From assembly GCA_045837725.1 (NCBI GenBank), contig JBEWZL010000200.1, positions 124,001 through 188,000 on the forward strand: a DNA stretch of 64,000 bases, in the 5' to 3' direction. This document shows positions 28,503 to 42,000 of this stretch, piece by piece. The DNA is from Vermamoeba vermiformis (lineage: Eukaryota). The notes beneath the pieces were generated by a model that was not told the origin of the DNA, did not search any database, and saw nothing but the letters and a program-made list of their open reading frames with translations. The position numbers and the translations under genes are program-made. Position 1 is the stretch's first letter. The number at the start of each line of letters is the position of its first letter.

Positions 28503-28778
28503 ATATTAAGCGGTAAATATGTAAATAAACCTTCTCTTCAAATTAATTTAACCGAATCCGATCAAGCTACGAATTCTTTTTTTGGCCTAATGGACTATTT
28601 CGCAGTTAATTTAGAATATGATATCTTCATACCGATTAAGCTATTCTATTCTTGGGTCATTCTTAATGAACAGTTCGCGGAATTCTTCATTCCATTCGGA
28701 ACGAATCCGCGAGAATAAAAAGGTTCGCAAAAACGATTCAAATCATTAGTAAAAACGAATCGACAACAACAACACAAC

Positions 28779-29879
28779 ATGCGAACTATCTTATTTATTT
28801 GTTTGGCGCTTTACCTCTTCTTTGGAGGCTTTGCTGCCGCTTCACTAACTGACGCTTTGGATGTCGCTCTTCATTTGAAAGAAAACAACAACGTAGACCT
28901 TCTATTTGACCTACAGCAAGTAGGTGTACTACGAGGCAACGGTTCAGTCAATGATTTCTTGCCAGTCCCAGCTTACCCGACTTTTCACCCTGGCCGTCAA
29001 TTTGAACCGGATGTGTTCAATATGAACTGCGCCTTTGCCGAGTTTGTATTCTGCTGCATGGTCGCTGCAATCCCTACTGCATTATTACGAAAGAAATTCA
29101 ATTCTAACCTCGAAACAGCCATTTTTTGGTGGTTTGCTTTTGACGGCTTGATCCATCTGGGCATGGAAGGCAGTTTCGTCTTAATTTCCTTGGAAAATCG
29201 GTTTATCGGAGGTGCAGCGGTCTCGGATAGACATTATCTCATGACTTGTGTCTGTAAGTACCCATTCTGAACGAATTGGAGTTTTTCCGCCGAATCCGAA
29301 TCTGACCGAATCTATTCTTTAGGGACTGAATACGGCAAAGCGGACTATAGATGGTTATATGGTGATCAAAATATCGTTGGGTTTGAACTGTAAGTCTTAT
29401 ATCTAAGCATTCTAACGGACCAGATCTAATTCTTTTAAAGCGTGACGGTTTTCTTCGAAGCACCGCTCTGCTTTTTGATTCTGTACGGCGTAAGTATTTC
29501 CTTTTTCGGACGAAATTTCAATTTACTAACATTCGGATAGATCTTGAGAAACTCAAGCTGGCGTCACGTCGTGCAACTTTTGCAAGTTTTTGTAATGTTC
29601 ACAGGGGCCAGATCTCGATTGCTAATTATTTCCTTATTTAGTATCTGCATGGGCGAACTCTACGGCCTGTTTGCAACATTTGTCCCAGAATGGCTCTACG
29701 GCAGTCCTAATCTCGACGGCAGCTCAGCCTTGTACTTCTGGATCTACCTCGGCTCCAACATTCTTTGGGCTATCATTCCAATTCTTTTGACCGCCCATTC
29801 AAGCGTCGAAATTTCCAAGGCCTTCCAAACTGCAAAGGACTTGGACGGAAAAAAGCCTCAACCTCAAACGATTGGCTAA
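28779..29879 (+). CDS. Emopamil-binding-protein family (EBP/EBPL, sterol delta8-delta7 isomerase-like, EXPERA domain)
   Basis: WFAFDGLIHLGMEGSFV...WTEYGKADYRW...RHVVQLFICMGELYGLFATFVPEWLYGSPNL...YFWIYL resembles EBP-like proteins. There is an extra hydrophobic N-terminal extension. Confidence 0.85.
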
Positions 29880-29985
29880 AAAATGTTTCGATCGATCAGA
29901 TCCGAATCTGGATCTGCTTTCTCTTGTATAAATCAACAATAATAATATATAATAAACTTACGCGCATTCATTATTAAACACTATA

Positions 29986-32900
29986 CTACATCTTTGAGTC
30001 AAGAATAAAATTGAGTTCTTTGACGACTTGATCCATACTCGGTCGATCATCTGGTGATTGAGCCCAGCACTTGCTGATCAGTTCTGCGACTGTTATGGGA
30101 GTGTTAGGCGGGATCGGCAATCGACCGCCGTCAATGACCATGTTGGCGATCTGCCACGGGTGTTCCAAGTGCGAGTAAGGCATTTGTTGTGACATGATTG
30201 TCCACAAAAGAATGCCAAAGCTGTAAATGTCTGCTCCTTTCTCGTATCGCTTGTTCTCCATGATTTCTATCATTAACATTTTAGTACGTCAAACACTGAT
30301 GAATCAGATCAGCAGATCTGACACGTGTCACCACAAACATCTAATCCATTGACCGTGTCATGGTCATCGATGTTTGTGCCGTGTTGCAATTTAGCGTGTC
30401 AAAAAATGTCACGTGATCAGACTTACCAGGAGCCATGTAAGTAGGTGTGCCAACACCCTTGGTGAACTTCATGGTCACTTCTTCGACAATTGATCGAGCA
30501 GTGCCAAAGTCAGTCAGTTTGACATTCACTGATGCTTCTTTGGCTGTCGATGCAACCAACACATTCTCTGCTTTGATGTCGCGATGAAGAATGTTGTTTG
30601 CGTGCAAGAATTGAAGTGCTTCTGCAACATCCAATGCAATCTTCAGTTTCAATCCTGTGTCCAATGGTCTGCTGTTCAACAGTTCTTGAAGATTGCCTCC
30701 TGAAACGAACTCTGTCAAGATGGCAAGCTTTCCAGGCACTTTTGATGCTCCGATGAACTGCACAATGCATCTGTGGTGCAAGTTCATCATCATTTGCACT
30801 TCGCGGTTGAACTCTTCGAACTGTTGAATGTTCATTTCTTGGAACTACGATAGAAACAGAGTTAGTTCGAGCTTGACTTTTTTTGACACTTTTGACATGT
30901 TGACACGTGTCATTTGGTTTATCATTCACTTACCTTGAGCTTCTTGAAGGCGATCGTTTGACCACGATACTTGGCTTTGTACACAGCACCAAATCCTCCT
31001 TCACCAAGTGCTTCAGTCACACCATCAACTTCATCGATGTCAATCCAAGGTGATGGTTCACTTGCACAAACAAACTCGAGCAATGAGAACTGTTTGAGTT
31101 CAGGAACTTCGACCCACAGTGAGATGTTTGTGCGTGTTGTCATTCTCATTTGCAGCATCAGTGTCACATCGACATAACCTTTGTCGCGAATGTCAATCTC
31201 GAACGGGTCAACAGTGAGCTGGTATTTGGTCGACTGAACTGGATGAAAGTTGACACGAAGACTCTTCTCAAGAAGTCGCTCAACAAGGCCTCGGGACCGT
31301 GTAAGCTTTGCGCGGCTCTGCACTCGGAAGGTGTCTTTGTACATGGAGTCAACTTGCAAGAGATTGCCTTTGGTGCCAAAATCGAACTTTGTGTTTGACA
31401 ACTGAATGGGCAAGTCTTCGATTGGTTTGAGTGAGTAGTCTTCTGGTGCATGCCACTGAGGAAGTGAGAACTGATCGTCTGCTCCGTTCTTTGTGGTCAG
31501 TGTCAGCAGTTCCACTCTGTTCAACAATTGTTCAACTCGTCGTTTGCCTCTGAAATATCTGTACGTCACTGCACCGATTACGATGAAGAGTATGGAGCCA
31601 CCAGTTACAGAAATAACTATCGCGATAATTACGCCTGTCCGCATGTTGGTTAATAGTTGCTCAAAAATGACACGTGTCAAAGTGTCAAAGTGTCATTGCT
31701 TACCTTGCGCCACTGAGGTGTCAGGACAGGTCAATGATACCGTCAAGGCTTGTTTTCCTGATCTTTCGCTCGTGGAAGTTGTAATAATGCACTCTTTGCC
31801 TTCCGCAACAATGTTCAATTCATCGGTGGATCCGCAAGAGTAGAACAAGAATGTAGTCTCCAGGTGCGACTCTTCATACTCGCTCATGTCAATGGCGATA
31901 GTGCCTCTTGCTTCGATGCATTCTATATCAATTCTATTGCTGTGTTGAATCACCAAGGTGCCGCCATCAAGCAGAAGTTCTATCGTGAAAAACGTTAAAA
32001 AAAACGGAAGGGGCTTGGCGTTGGTTAATGTAACGTACTTTCAAAGTGGTCTGCGTCTCGTAAGTCAACCGTGGCACCTTTGGGGACGCGCAAAAGATTT
32101 TCAACGGGACATCCATTTGTAACTTCGCACGAGTATTGTGCGAGTGAGCAACAAAATTGGTTTGCGCCAATTGAACACCGTGCAGTACTGTTGCCCGACA
32201 CTCTGAACTGGTCGGGGAGTTGAATGCAGCCAGAAAACGAATTGCCCGTGATATTACTGGTAAGTGTTAGCGTCGTATTAAGGGTAAAGGGCCTTACATG
32301 TTCATCACATTGCCTAAATTGGTAAGTGAAGGCAGTGTTCCGCTGAGCTGGTTCGATGAGAGGTCTCTGTCGTGATATTATATTATGGGAAAGTGGCACA
32401 CGTTAAATAAATTTTTCTTACAAGTGCTCTAGGGCTCGCAAGTTGGCTATTTGACGCGAGACTGTGCCAGTTAGGGAATTTCGCGATAGATCGCTAACAC
32501 ATTAAAACAAGTTAGGTCGTGTGGTACTATAAGAATATATTGGTCTTACATCCGACGAACGCGTTGTAAACTAAAGAGACTGTGCGGGATTGTGCCACTC
32601 AATTGATTGCGACTTAGATCCAGGGCATTGATGCTTCGCAGGGAATCGAACATTGACGGGATCTCGCCCGTGAACATATTGCCTGCGAGGCTCCTGTCAT
32701 GGATTAGTTAGCACGAGAATACTAATGAATGGACTATGGATCATCCTTACAAATAGTGCAAGCTGAAGATTTCTCCCAAGTACGGCGGAATAGGCCCTTC
32801 AATTCGATTGCGCTCGACATTCCTTTAATCGGTCAATTAACGTGATAATTTGATAATTTAGAACACTTACAGAACTTCTAATCCCAAAAGATTAACGAAG

Positions 32901-35900
32901 CTTTGTGGGATGGTACCGGTCAAGCCGTTGAAACTAACATCGCTTAAAAAGGAGTTAAAAAGGTTCAATAGAAATCAGCTTCAACGTACAGTTCACGAAG
33001 GTTTCGAAGTGCTTCTAATTGTGGTGGGATCTGACCGACAAAAGAATTGAACGACAGGTCCCTAGTTAACGTTAGAATGCGGGAAAAACCCTCGTACTAA
33101 ATAACTTACAGTACTTCAAGACTGATCATAGCAGCGATCGATGGCGGAATAATTCCCGTGAAAAAATTTTGGTGCAGTCGACTAAAACGTGTTAGAGATA
33201 AATGAGTACTTTAATAGTATATAAATAAGTACTTACAGTTCTCTTAGTCTTCGTGGTCGCGATGTTATTGTCGGAAGCATTCCTCCGAATAAATTGTTGG
33301 ACAGATCCAGCACCTCAAGCGAGCCAGTAAATAGCGCTTGACCGATGCCACCTGATAAACTGTTGAAGTCCACTCGCCTGCAAAAGTAAATGCTATATTA
33401 GGAAGCTGATAAAGTTAAGTGATTTGACGTACAATGTCTGCAAGTTGGTGAAGGGCGGGAATTCGGGCAGTGGTCCCGTGAGATCATTATGCGATAGGAT
33501 GCTATAATGCAGTTATTATAAATAACGTTGTTGGCGTTCATATTTCTTACACGTTTTGTATTGTTCGCGTGATCAGTGAAGATGGAATTTGACCCACCAA
33601 GTGGTTCTTCGAAACGTCACTAAAAATTATCGATTATTAATTAAGTGTCATACTAGCCGAATGATTAGTAGCCTTACAAGTGTCTCAAGTTTGAACTAAT
33701 AGGAAAATTCGGCAATCTTCCGACGAGATCGTTGTTCGACAGATCACTGACAAAAAAGTTAGCGGCTGACCGGATCTGACACTCACTTTGACGTACAGCA
33801 TTGATAAGAGCGGAAACAGCAAATAATCTTCGTTAAATGTGCCTGAAATCTGGTTTGACGCCAGCGAGCTTTTAAAAATGTTAGACGTTGTCCCGAAAGA
33901 CAGCAAACAAAAACGTACATTGAAGTCAATCGAGCAGGCAATTGCGGCAATGTTCCCGAAAAAAAGTTGTTCGACAGGTCACTATAAATATATATAAGTT
34001 ATTGAACGAATGGATATTGTAACCATGTGACGTACATCAGATCCATAATGGACGCTTGAATGTTTGGAATTTGGCCACTCAGTCGATTATTCTCTAACAT
34101 CCTGAACACATTCGTGAGCTTAGCGAGTCATCATTGGAGTGTACATACAACATAGAGGCCGATATCGTTCGATTTGTAATCGGCAAAGTTCCTTCGAGCA
34201 TGTTGTGGGACAGATCACTAGCGGACAAGTTAGCAGCAGTCATAGGACATAAGAATATTCTTACATTAATCTTGCATTATTGAGCATCCCCATAGGAATA
34301 GTTCCAGTCAACTTGTTGTTGCCGAGATTACTAATTAAAAAAAATTTGTTAGTAGCGATCCAGATCGGATCGGATCGCTTACATTTCACTCAACTGAGGC
34401 ATCTGTGCAGCCGTAGCGGGAATTGTTCCTTCAAGTTGATTGGATTGCAATTGAAGTGATGTTAACCTCGTTAAAGCGTGTAATTCCTGCGGAATCGTCC
34501 CTTGCAAAGCATTGAATTGCACTTGACTGTGATACGATAAGCTATAATAGAAAACACTACCTTATACTTACAATGTTTGTAGCTGACGGCAGTTAGTAAA
34601 ATTGAAGAGCGGGCCTTCAAAATTGTTAAATGACGCAGTGCTGTACGATTCAAAAGTCAGCCCCGGAAAAAATTCTAACAATATGTAACACTCACAAAGT
34701 AAACATTTCTGTCATGTCAGCTAAGCTTGCAGGCAATGTGCCACTAAATTGGTTGTTGTCTAGTTGCCTAATATCGTTAAAGTTAAATAAAATAACATTC
34801 GTTGAGTTTCAGCGCTTACATGGCCATTAGGCGAGACCACTTTGAATACTCCTCGGGAATAGTTCCGGTAAATTGATTGTTTTGTACCAAGCTGCACGTA
34901 CGGTTAGATTGAAATATCAAAATAGTCACTACGTACAATTGACCAAGATTTGTCCAGTTACTCAGCGAGGCAGGCAACTGTCCGGTCAGCAAATTGTTAC
35001 GAATCACAAAATCACGCATTTCCACTGCATTTCCAAGTTCATCGGGCAATGTTCCCGAGAACGCATTGTTTCCGATAAGCCTATATAGAAATTTCAAAGG
35101 TCAAAAAAAAACAACGCTCGGACAGATCGAAGTACTTACAAGTCCCTCAAGTTACTGCAATTACCAAGCTCGGGCGGTATTGTTCCACCCATTATATTAT
35201 TATCTAAAATCCTAAACGACATCTATTAGTTGTTTTCATCGTATAAAATCGTTGCGGCTTACAATTGTTGAAGTCGTTGAAGGTTTCCGAAGGTCGCTGG
35301 AATTGAGCCATTGATTCGATTGTTTCTAACGTTTCTAAAAGAGCGGTATTAAACACTATATATGCAATCGTAGTATTATCGACGTTACATACAATATTTC
35401 CAGGTTCGTTAGATTTCCCATTGCTGCCGGAATAGATCCGAGGAGCAAATTAACACCTTCAATATTACTATATGGGTTCGTATTATTAGTAACAAGTATC
35501 ATACGTGGGTCAGCAAAAGATGGTTCCGACATACAAAATTTTAAGGCTCCGCAAGTTTCCAATTGCGTTCGGTATAGCCCCTGTAATATAAGCACGTTGC
35601 ATATACCTAAAAAAAGCGTTAATGAAATACTAATATAGCCGTATTGTTGTATTGCTTACAGCTCTTCAAGTGTTGCGATGGTAAAAATGTTCGGAAATCG
35701 TGTTATCCGAGCATCAGTAATATCACTACAAGGGTGTTATTAATTAAATTATAAAATAGATTGGTAGGGTGTTAACGTACAGTACTCTGAGACTCGGCAA
35801 ATCTCCGATGCAATCTGGCAGCTCGCGGGACCGACCGGCGTAACCAGGAAGTGACAGTACTTCCAAATTAGGCAAGTCGCAAAGAGGATCCTCGTCAAGC

Positions 35901-36832
35901 TCGCCAACGTAGGAAGGTGCAATACTGAATGATAAATATTTAGTAATTAATTGGAAAAATTTTTGCAAAGCTTACAGGCTTCGCAGATTTCTGAGGCTCG
36001 AATTTGGCAGCGACCTAATGCCGGTTGGCAGAGTACTATAATAATGATTAATCGTTATTAACATCGGCCGATATAACAGGTTAGTGTATGGCTTACAGTA
36101 CTTCCAAAGCTGGAAACGAAGTGCTAAATTGGCGCGGTAGATTTCTAAGTGCCGTATTTCCAGAAAGTATCCTAAAAATATGATAATATATAAGAAAATC
36201 ATGTGATACGGTAAGAAGTGCAATATAATATCTACATACAGTCTTGTTAATCGATTTAAGACCAGAATACTTCGGATCGTTTGGTCATTAAAGTCGGTAT
36301 TAACTAGTTCCCTGCAATAAACATAAGATGAACTGCTTGGTAAAGAAAAATATAAACTTACAGCGCTTGCAATGTATTTTGAAGATTAACTAGAGTTGCT
36401 GGTAAGGCTCTAACTCCGATTGAATTAACAACCCTATTCAATAATAAGTGAGTCTTTAAGTCGGATGTTAGCGCTGTTTCTCGACTTACAAAGACCGCAA
36501 ACTTGTAAGATTTCCTAACGAATCCGGAACCACAGTGACAGATCCTGCAACGCGCCTAAATCCAGATTTAGCTTTGAAATTAATAACATCAAAAGGGTTA
36601 CTTACAACTCGGTTACTACGGAATAATTGTTGCTATCCTCGCAAGTCACTTCTTGCCAAGTGCAGGGATCGCTTGTATTTAGATTTGTGCTTGGTCGAGG
36701 TTGAAATGGCGGATTTAATGCTTGTAAATCTGTAAAAAATTCGTTCTCTTGAGGCAGTAGTGCAGCTGAAATTAAATGTGTGATTGATAATAAAATAAAC
36801 GAGATCAAAACACGATCTTTTCCATTTTTCAT
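29986..36832 (-). CDS. LRR receptor kinase RK1 (signal peptide, LRR-NT, >30 LRRs, Cys-rich cap, TM, beta-rich linker, TKL kinase)
   Basis: Signal peptide, then DPCTWQEVTC (LRRNT). Many LRR exons fit LxxLxLxxNxLxGxIP. TM GVIIAIVISVTGGSILFIVIGAVTY. Kinase motifs GEGGFGAVY, IAFKK, HRDIKAEN, DFG, GTPTYMAPE. Confidence 0.92.
30319..31696. repeat. Intronic palindrome TGACACGTGTCA, three copies in RK1 (30319, 30901, 31668) with flanking half-sites
   Basis: A perfect 12-bp palindrome in each of the three introns around the TM/linker and kinase exons, accompanied by TTTGACAC/AAGTGTCA half-sites. Confidence 0.9.
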
Positions 36833-37212
36833 TTTTACGTTTCTCTATTGCATCAAATAAATAAATATGAATATTGATGCATGTATTATAGCTTCGAAAA
36901 TATTATATAAAATAAATCATACAACTTTCGTGTCAGAAACTCATACAAGCTCACATTGACACGTGCACGCAACGCTTGTCGATTAACTTTTCCTACATTC
37001 GTAGGTTGACTTTAAAGTATTCCGTTAAGCTTCTTTGTTTGCTTGTCATGGCGCATTGTACTATGAACAGATTATTCGTAAAATTACGTTGCAATTCTCC
37101 ATTGTTTTTCAACCTCCTTTACCAACCATTTACATTCAATCTTAGCGGAAGCACTGGCCCCTACGAATAGCGATCGTCTAATATGATCAAGGAAGAATTT
37201 AAATTTGAATTT

Positions 37213-38939
37213 TTATTGAGTGATCCAACAAAGGTACGGCAGTTTTTCTACCAACATTTGTTTAAAACTTGCAAAGTTCGACAATGGTGTGTACACACTT
37301 ATATATTGCAGTCGTGTCATTAGGATCATTGGATATCCTTCCTGAATCTCGGATGTGATTGTTTTGCTGCCGGCTGCCAAATGCGTCAGCCGCGTCAACG
37401 AACTTAATGACAGATAGACATCGTGGTCAATAAGTGCGTCTATTTTAAGGAATTGCAATTTTGGAAGTTGAAGCTGACCCACTGACGAAATTGATTTGAC
37501 TGTCAGTGCCTTCATATTTGTTAGTGTACATAAATACGTATCAGTCACGCTTGTCTTGATGCTGTAGAATTGCTCTAATTTAGTCACTTTTGATAATTGT
37601 TCCGCGTCTTCAATCGTTTTCGCTCTTAAGACTGTCAGGTTCGTCAAGTGCTCAATAACACCTCTTTCCGTGACAGGATTTTCAGTGAAAAGATCCTCCA
37701 GGTTTGTCAACATTCGCATATTGGTGCATTGCAATTGGGGCACTTGGACTTTCAAACGTGTCAAGCGTGTCAAAGTTGACACGTCAACTGCGTATCTTGG
37801 ACAAGATCGTTGTCGCTTTGACATCGAAGATTCGAGTGTTAGTGATTGCAATGCTGTTAGCCTTGATATATCCTTTAGCTGAGGACTGTTGAATGTCAAT
37901 TCTATGTTCAGGGATGTGAGAGTATTGATATCGAAGTGATTGACTAGAGGACTGTTCGTTGCACACAATGAAACGGATCTAAGTTGCAAGCATGGAATAT
38001 GTGCTAATTGCTTAATGTTAATTGATCTACTAGTCACGGATAAGTCCTGCAATCGACTCAACTTGGAGATCTGTCGCCAATCCATCCGTTGATTCTTTAT
38101 CGTGAGTGAAGTGAGGTTCAAGTTCTTTGAAAGTGACTCCAATCTGATCTCTATATTTCTAATGGTCAACTGTTCTAAACTCGTCAAAGGCACTTCTTGC
38201 AGCACATGTTGTTTGATTTGCCTGTCTATCGAGAAATTTACAACCTTCAGATTACAAAATCTCTTAAATTGTTGTAAGGATATTTGTCTGGTGAAACTGC
38301 ACAATATCAATTTTGTTAGGGTCGTCGGGTTAGGAAGGGCTACATAATCAAATTCTTCTTGCCGTAAATAGTCAGTGTGGTCAAACTCTCGCAAATTATC
38401 AAATCGATCTAATCTCAGTGGTGGACTGTAACGCGATCTTAACACTAATCGCGTGAGTCGTGTAAACTCTGCTGCGAGCTGATAGTCATTAAATGGCAGG
38501 CCTAAATCTAGCAATTTTTCGGATGCGCTGAGAGGTTGAATGATTGTGTTATCATTGGTGCATAAGATCTGGCCGGAAAGCTTAATTGAAGAAAGATTTT
38601 GGAGGCCAGCAAGCTTGCAAAAGAACTGCTTTTGGGTTGTCTCGAACTTTTTTCACCACTTTCTTGAATTCGATTGATATTGGTTGATTAATTTGCTTAA
38701 CCGTCAAATCGTCGAGAAAATTCATTAATTGATCATATGGTAACGCTGGAACATTATAATGAATTTTTGGAATCGAGTTGTAATAATTGGTGCAACAGGA
38801 TCTCAGCTGATCAACAGTTTCACTCGTGGCGTACTGCGCCATGTGTTTGATAATTTCTATTGGAATATATATTGACTCGTTCTACATTTAAAAAAGGATT
38901 AGAATGGCAGATCCGCATCCGGTTTTGTTTTATTACCAT
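37213..38939 (-). CDS. F-box-like + leucine-rich repeat protein (apparent +1 frameshift in the T6 run at 38648-38653)
   Basis: ATG at 38939, intron 38936-38882, then NESIYIPIEIIKHMAQYATSETVDQLRSCC (F-box-like). A long exon carries LTxLxxL repeats. Removing one base from the homopolymer joins VVKK to FETTQKQFFCKLAGLQNLSSIKL and the 433-aa ORF. Confidence 0.72.
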
Positions 38940-39097
38940 TTCCTGGAGAAGTACGGTTTACCTGCCTATGTGTACGAAGTTACTTTAACTAGTTTTATGG
39001 TCTCTTCCTCTTTGCGGGCAATTTAACCACCCCAGGACCGTTCCTCTGACGATATCTTTTCTTGCCTTCTTCTCAAAAAGACTTAGCGCTCGATAAA

Positions 39098-42000
39098 ATG
39101 GAGTTGAACGACACAAAAAAGAAAAACAAACATAAAGAACGTTTATTGAAAGTGTGGAATGCTTTGAAAGGAGGTAGTGATTGTTATGGTTCAGATGTCG
39201 CGGATTTGACGTTGTTTACCTAGGCAAAAAGAAAAACAGCACCACTGCCAATACTAGACGTGCAAATTCAAGGCAACCAACCATTTTGTTACGGATCAAC
39301 ACAAAAAAAACATTATCATTAGGCCCCCAAGCAGGAAGAAAAACAAAAGCAAAAAAAGACCAAAACGAACCACCAGGAAAGCCACCAGAAGTGTGCTGGA
39401 AAAAGTGCAAGGAGAATGGGCCGTTTATGGACGTCATAAGTTGTGTTTGGACGTCGGAGTGGCGTATTATCATTTTAATGTTGAACCACGCAGACAGGAA
39501 GCAGAAAATAGATATATGGTCATTTATTTATTAAATCCAAACTAAATTTTTGGTTTTCTTCTTCTCGATCTGCGAGTTTTTTTTTTTTTTTTTTTTTTTT
39601 TATTATTGCCAGTTTATTATTATTTGAATTATTAATTTTTTTTTTGTTATTTTGATCCTAATATTTAATTATTTTTTTTTTTTATTATTGTTATTATTTG
39701 AATATTTGAATTATTTAATATTTTTTGAATTATTTTTTAACTTGCGTTTTTTCAGCAGGGAAGGCGGGGTGTAGTGCTTTGTAGGGAATATATTCTCGAA
39801 AGTCTGGGCGAGGCCATTTGTATTGTCTTCATGACCAGGAGGTGGCTACAGTAGATCTGGAAGAGTGTCAGGGGAATCTAATTTTCTTACATCAGATTGT
39901 CGGTAAATATATTGTTTGGGATGAATGAAAGTTCGTGTTGAGGGGGTGGGGAGAGAAAATATCGATATGTGGCTAGGAAAAAGTATTAAAGAGGGGAAAA
40001 TGTGCCATTATTTGCGAGGGGTGGTCAGAGGATCGGACACGGAGATGAGATGCTGCACGAAAAAGGAAATGAGAAGAGACTAGGAGCTAGGAACAGTGGA
40101 AACAAAATATAGAAAATAGCACAAGGTCTAATAAAGTGTGAGAAAACGAGGCGGATATAAGAGGAGTAAAAAAAGAAGAGGAGGAGGGAGAGAGGAGTGA
40201 GTGGAGGAGAGGGATGCTGAGAGGGAGAGGATAAGGAAGAAGGGGAGAGGGAGGGGAGGAGAGGGGGGGAGAGAGATGCAAGGGAGGAAGCGGGAGAAAA
40301 AGAGGAAAAAGAGGGAGGAGAGAGAAGAGGAGAGAGGGGAGAAAAAGAAAGGGGGAAAGAGAGCGGAAGAGAGGGGGAAAAGGAAGAAGAGATAAAATAG
40401 AGAAGAGAGGGAGGAGAATGAAGGAAGAAAAAAAGATCGAGGAAGTAAATAGAAGAGGGGGGAAAAAGAAGGGAAGAAAAGAGGGGAGGAAAGTAGTGAG
40501 GAGGATGATCAGAGAGAGGTAGGGGAGGCAAAATATTATATATGATAAGGGGGAGGATAGAAAAGAGGAGGAAGGAGGAAAAGAGAGAAAAAATTTAAAA
40601 TAGGGAATAAGCGTAGAAGGAGCTGAAAGAAGGAGAGGAAAGGGAGAAAAAGAGGGTTAGTAGGGAGGGGCAGGGGGGGGGGAAGAGAGGAAGAAAAGAC
40701 CACTGGAAAGGAGGGGAAGCAGAAGAGCGCAGGGAGAGAGAGGAGAAAGGGAGAGGAAGAGAGAGTAGAAAGATGGAGAAGGTCTGAAGAGGAGGAGAGA
40801 GAGGAAGAAGAGAAGGGGAGAAAGGCGGAGGGGGGGGGAGGAAGGAAGGAGGGGAGAAGGAGCAGAGAGAGGAGAAAGAAGAGGGGGGCAGGAAAAGAGG
40901 GGGGGGGGGGGCGAGGGAGGGGAAAGGGGAGAAAAAAAAGAAAAAAGTGATTGTTTGGTTCAGATGTCGCGGATTTGACGTTGTTTGCCTAGGTAAAAAG
41001 AAAAACAGCACCACTGCCAATACTAGGCGTGCAAATTCAAGGCACTCAATCCCTATTTTGTTTATCGGTATTCAGCATTTCCCAATAATCGTAAATTTAA
41101 TTTGTTAATTTAAACACTTTATCATTTAGGCCCTCCAAGCTCAGGATTAGCACATTTATTTATAGAATCTATATCAAATGCATATAACATTAATTTGGAC
41201 GACCACCAGAAAAATCAGATTTTGTTTCGCGAATCGTTGACAAAAGATCCACGGTTCTTATCGTTCCCAACGTCAGTCAGCACAATCACAAGCGATAATG
41301 ATGGCACTACAAATTATTTGTCTTTGTTGCCGCCCGAAATTCTAACGCGGGTCCTTGCGTTAACAAATCTGCCTGATCTGCTCAACATTTCGACATTAAT
41401 CAAATCGTTTGCCGAATGTACGTGATCATGAAGCAATATAATAGTTATAGACTCTAATAATTTAGTTTTGCGAGAGGACGAGTTTTGGAGACGCTATTTC
41501 GGTCCGGTGCAATCTGGAGCTGATCCGGCAATTAATAATTACAAAGCGCTGTTACGCAATTATCAAGAGCCCTTTGAAGTTTATGCAACGACTACTGATT
41601 TATTGTATGAATAGACCGTTTATAATCGTCAGCGAATTAACCTCTTATTTTATTAGCAAGATCCACTTCAGAAGCGCCTACGAGTTCCAAAATCTTCAGA
41701 AATTCGAAGAAATGACTTATTTTGTAACTTGCGTAAGTGGTCGGCGTTAGTATTTTTAAAACAAAAGTCCGATCTTCAAACCAAAAATGTTTATTTACAT
41801 TAGGTTGACACTTCACGGTTTGATGATGAAGAGTACATTGACAATCATTTGCACATCGTAACACAGCATTTAGAACGACAGCGAGACCGAGCCGAACTAG
41901 GATTTCCTATTATGGTGGTGTTCACTCGCATGGATAAATTGACCGAGAAGCTTGCTGACACGCGTAAGCACATGCACCTTAAAATAAAATCAAGACCTGA

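Noticed and set aside
30510-31451. Alternative-frame and antisense ORFs repeated at each kinase copy (also near 43.0-43.6, 55.1-56.0 and 62.6-63.3 kb)
   Set aside because: They are explained by near-identical DNA and by the lack of TA, which removes TAA/TAG stops on both strands. There is no independent coding signal.
40025-41020. ORFs rich in Pro/Leu/Ser/Phe or Glu/Arg/Gly/Lys (40025-40531, 40201-40395, 40595-41020)
   Set aside because: These are by-products of the purine-only tract, which lacks stop codons; the tract is probably an artifact.
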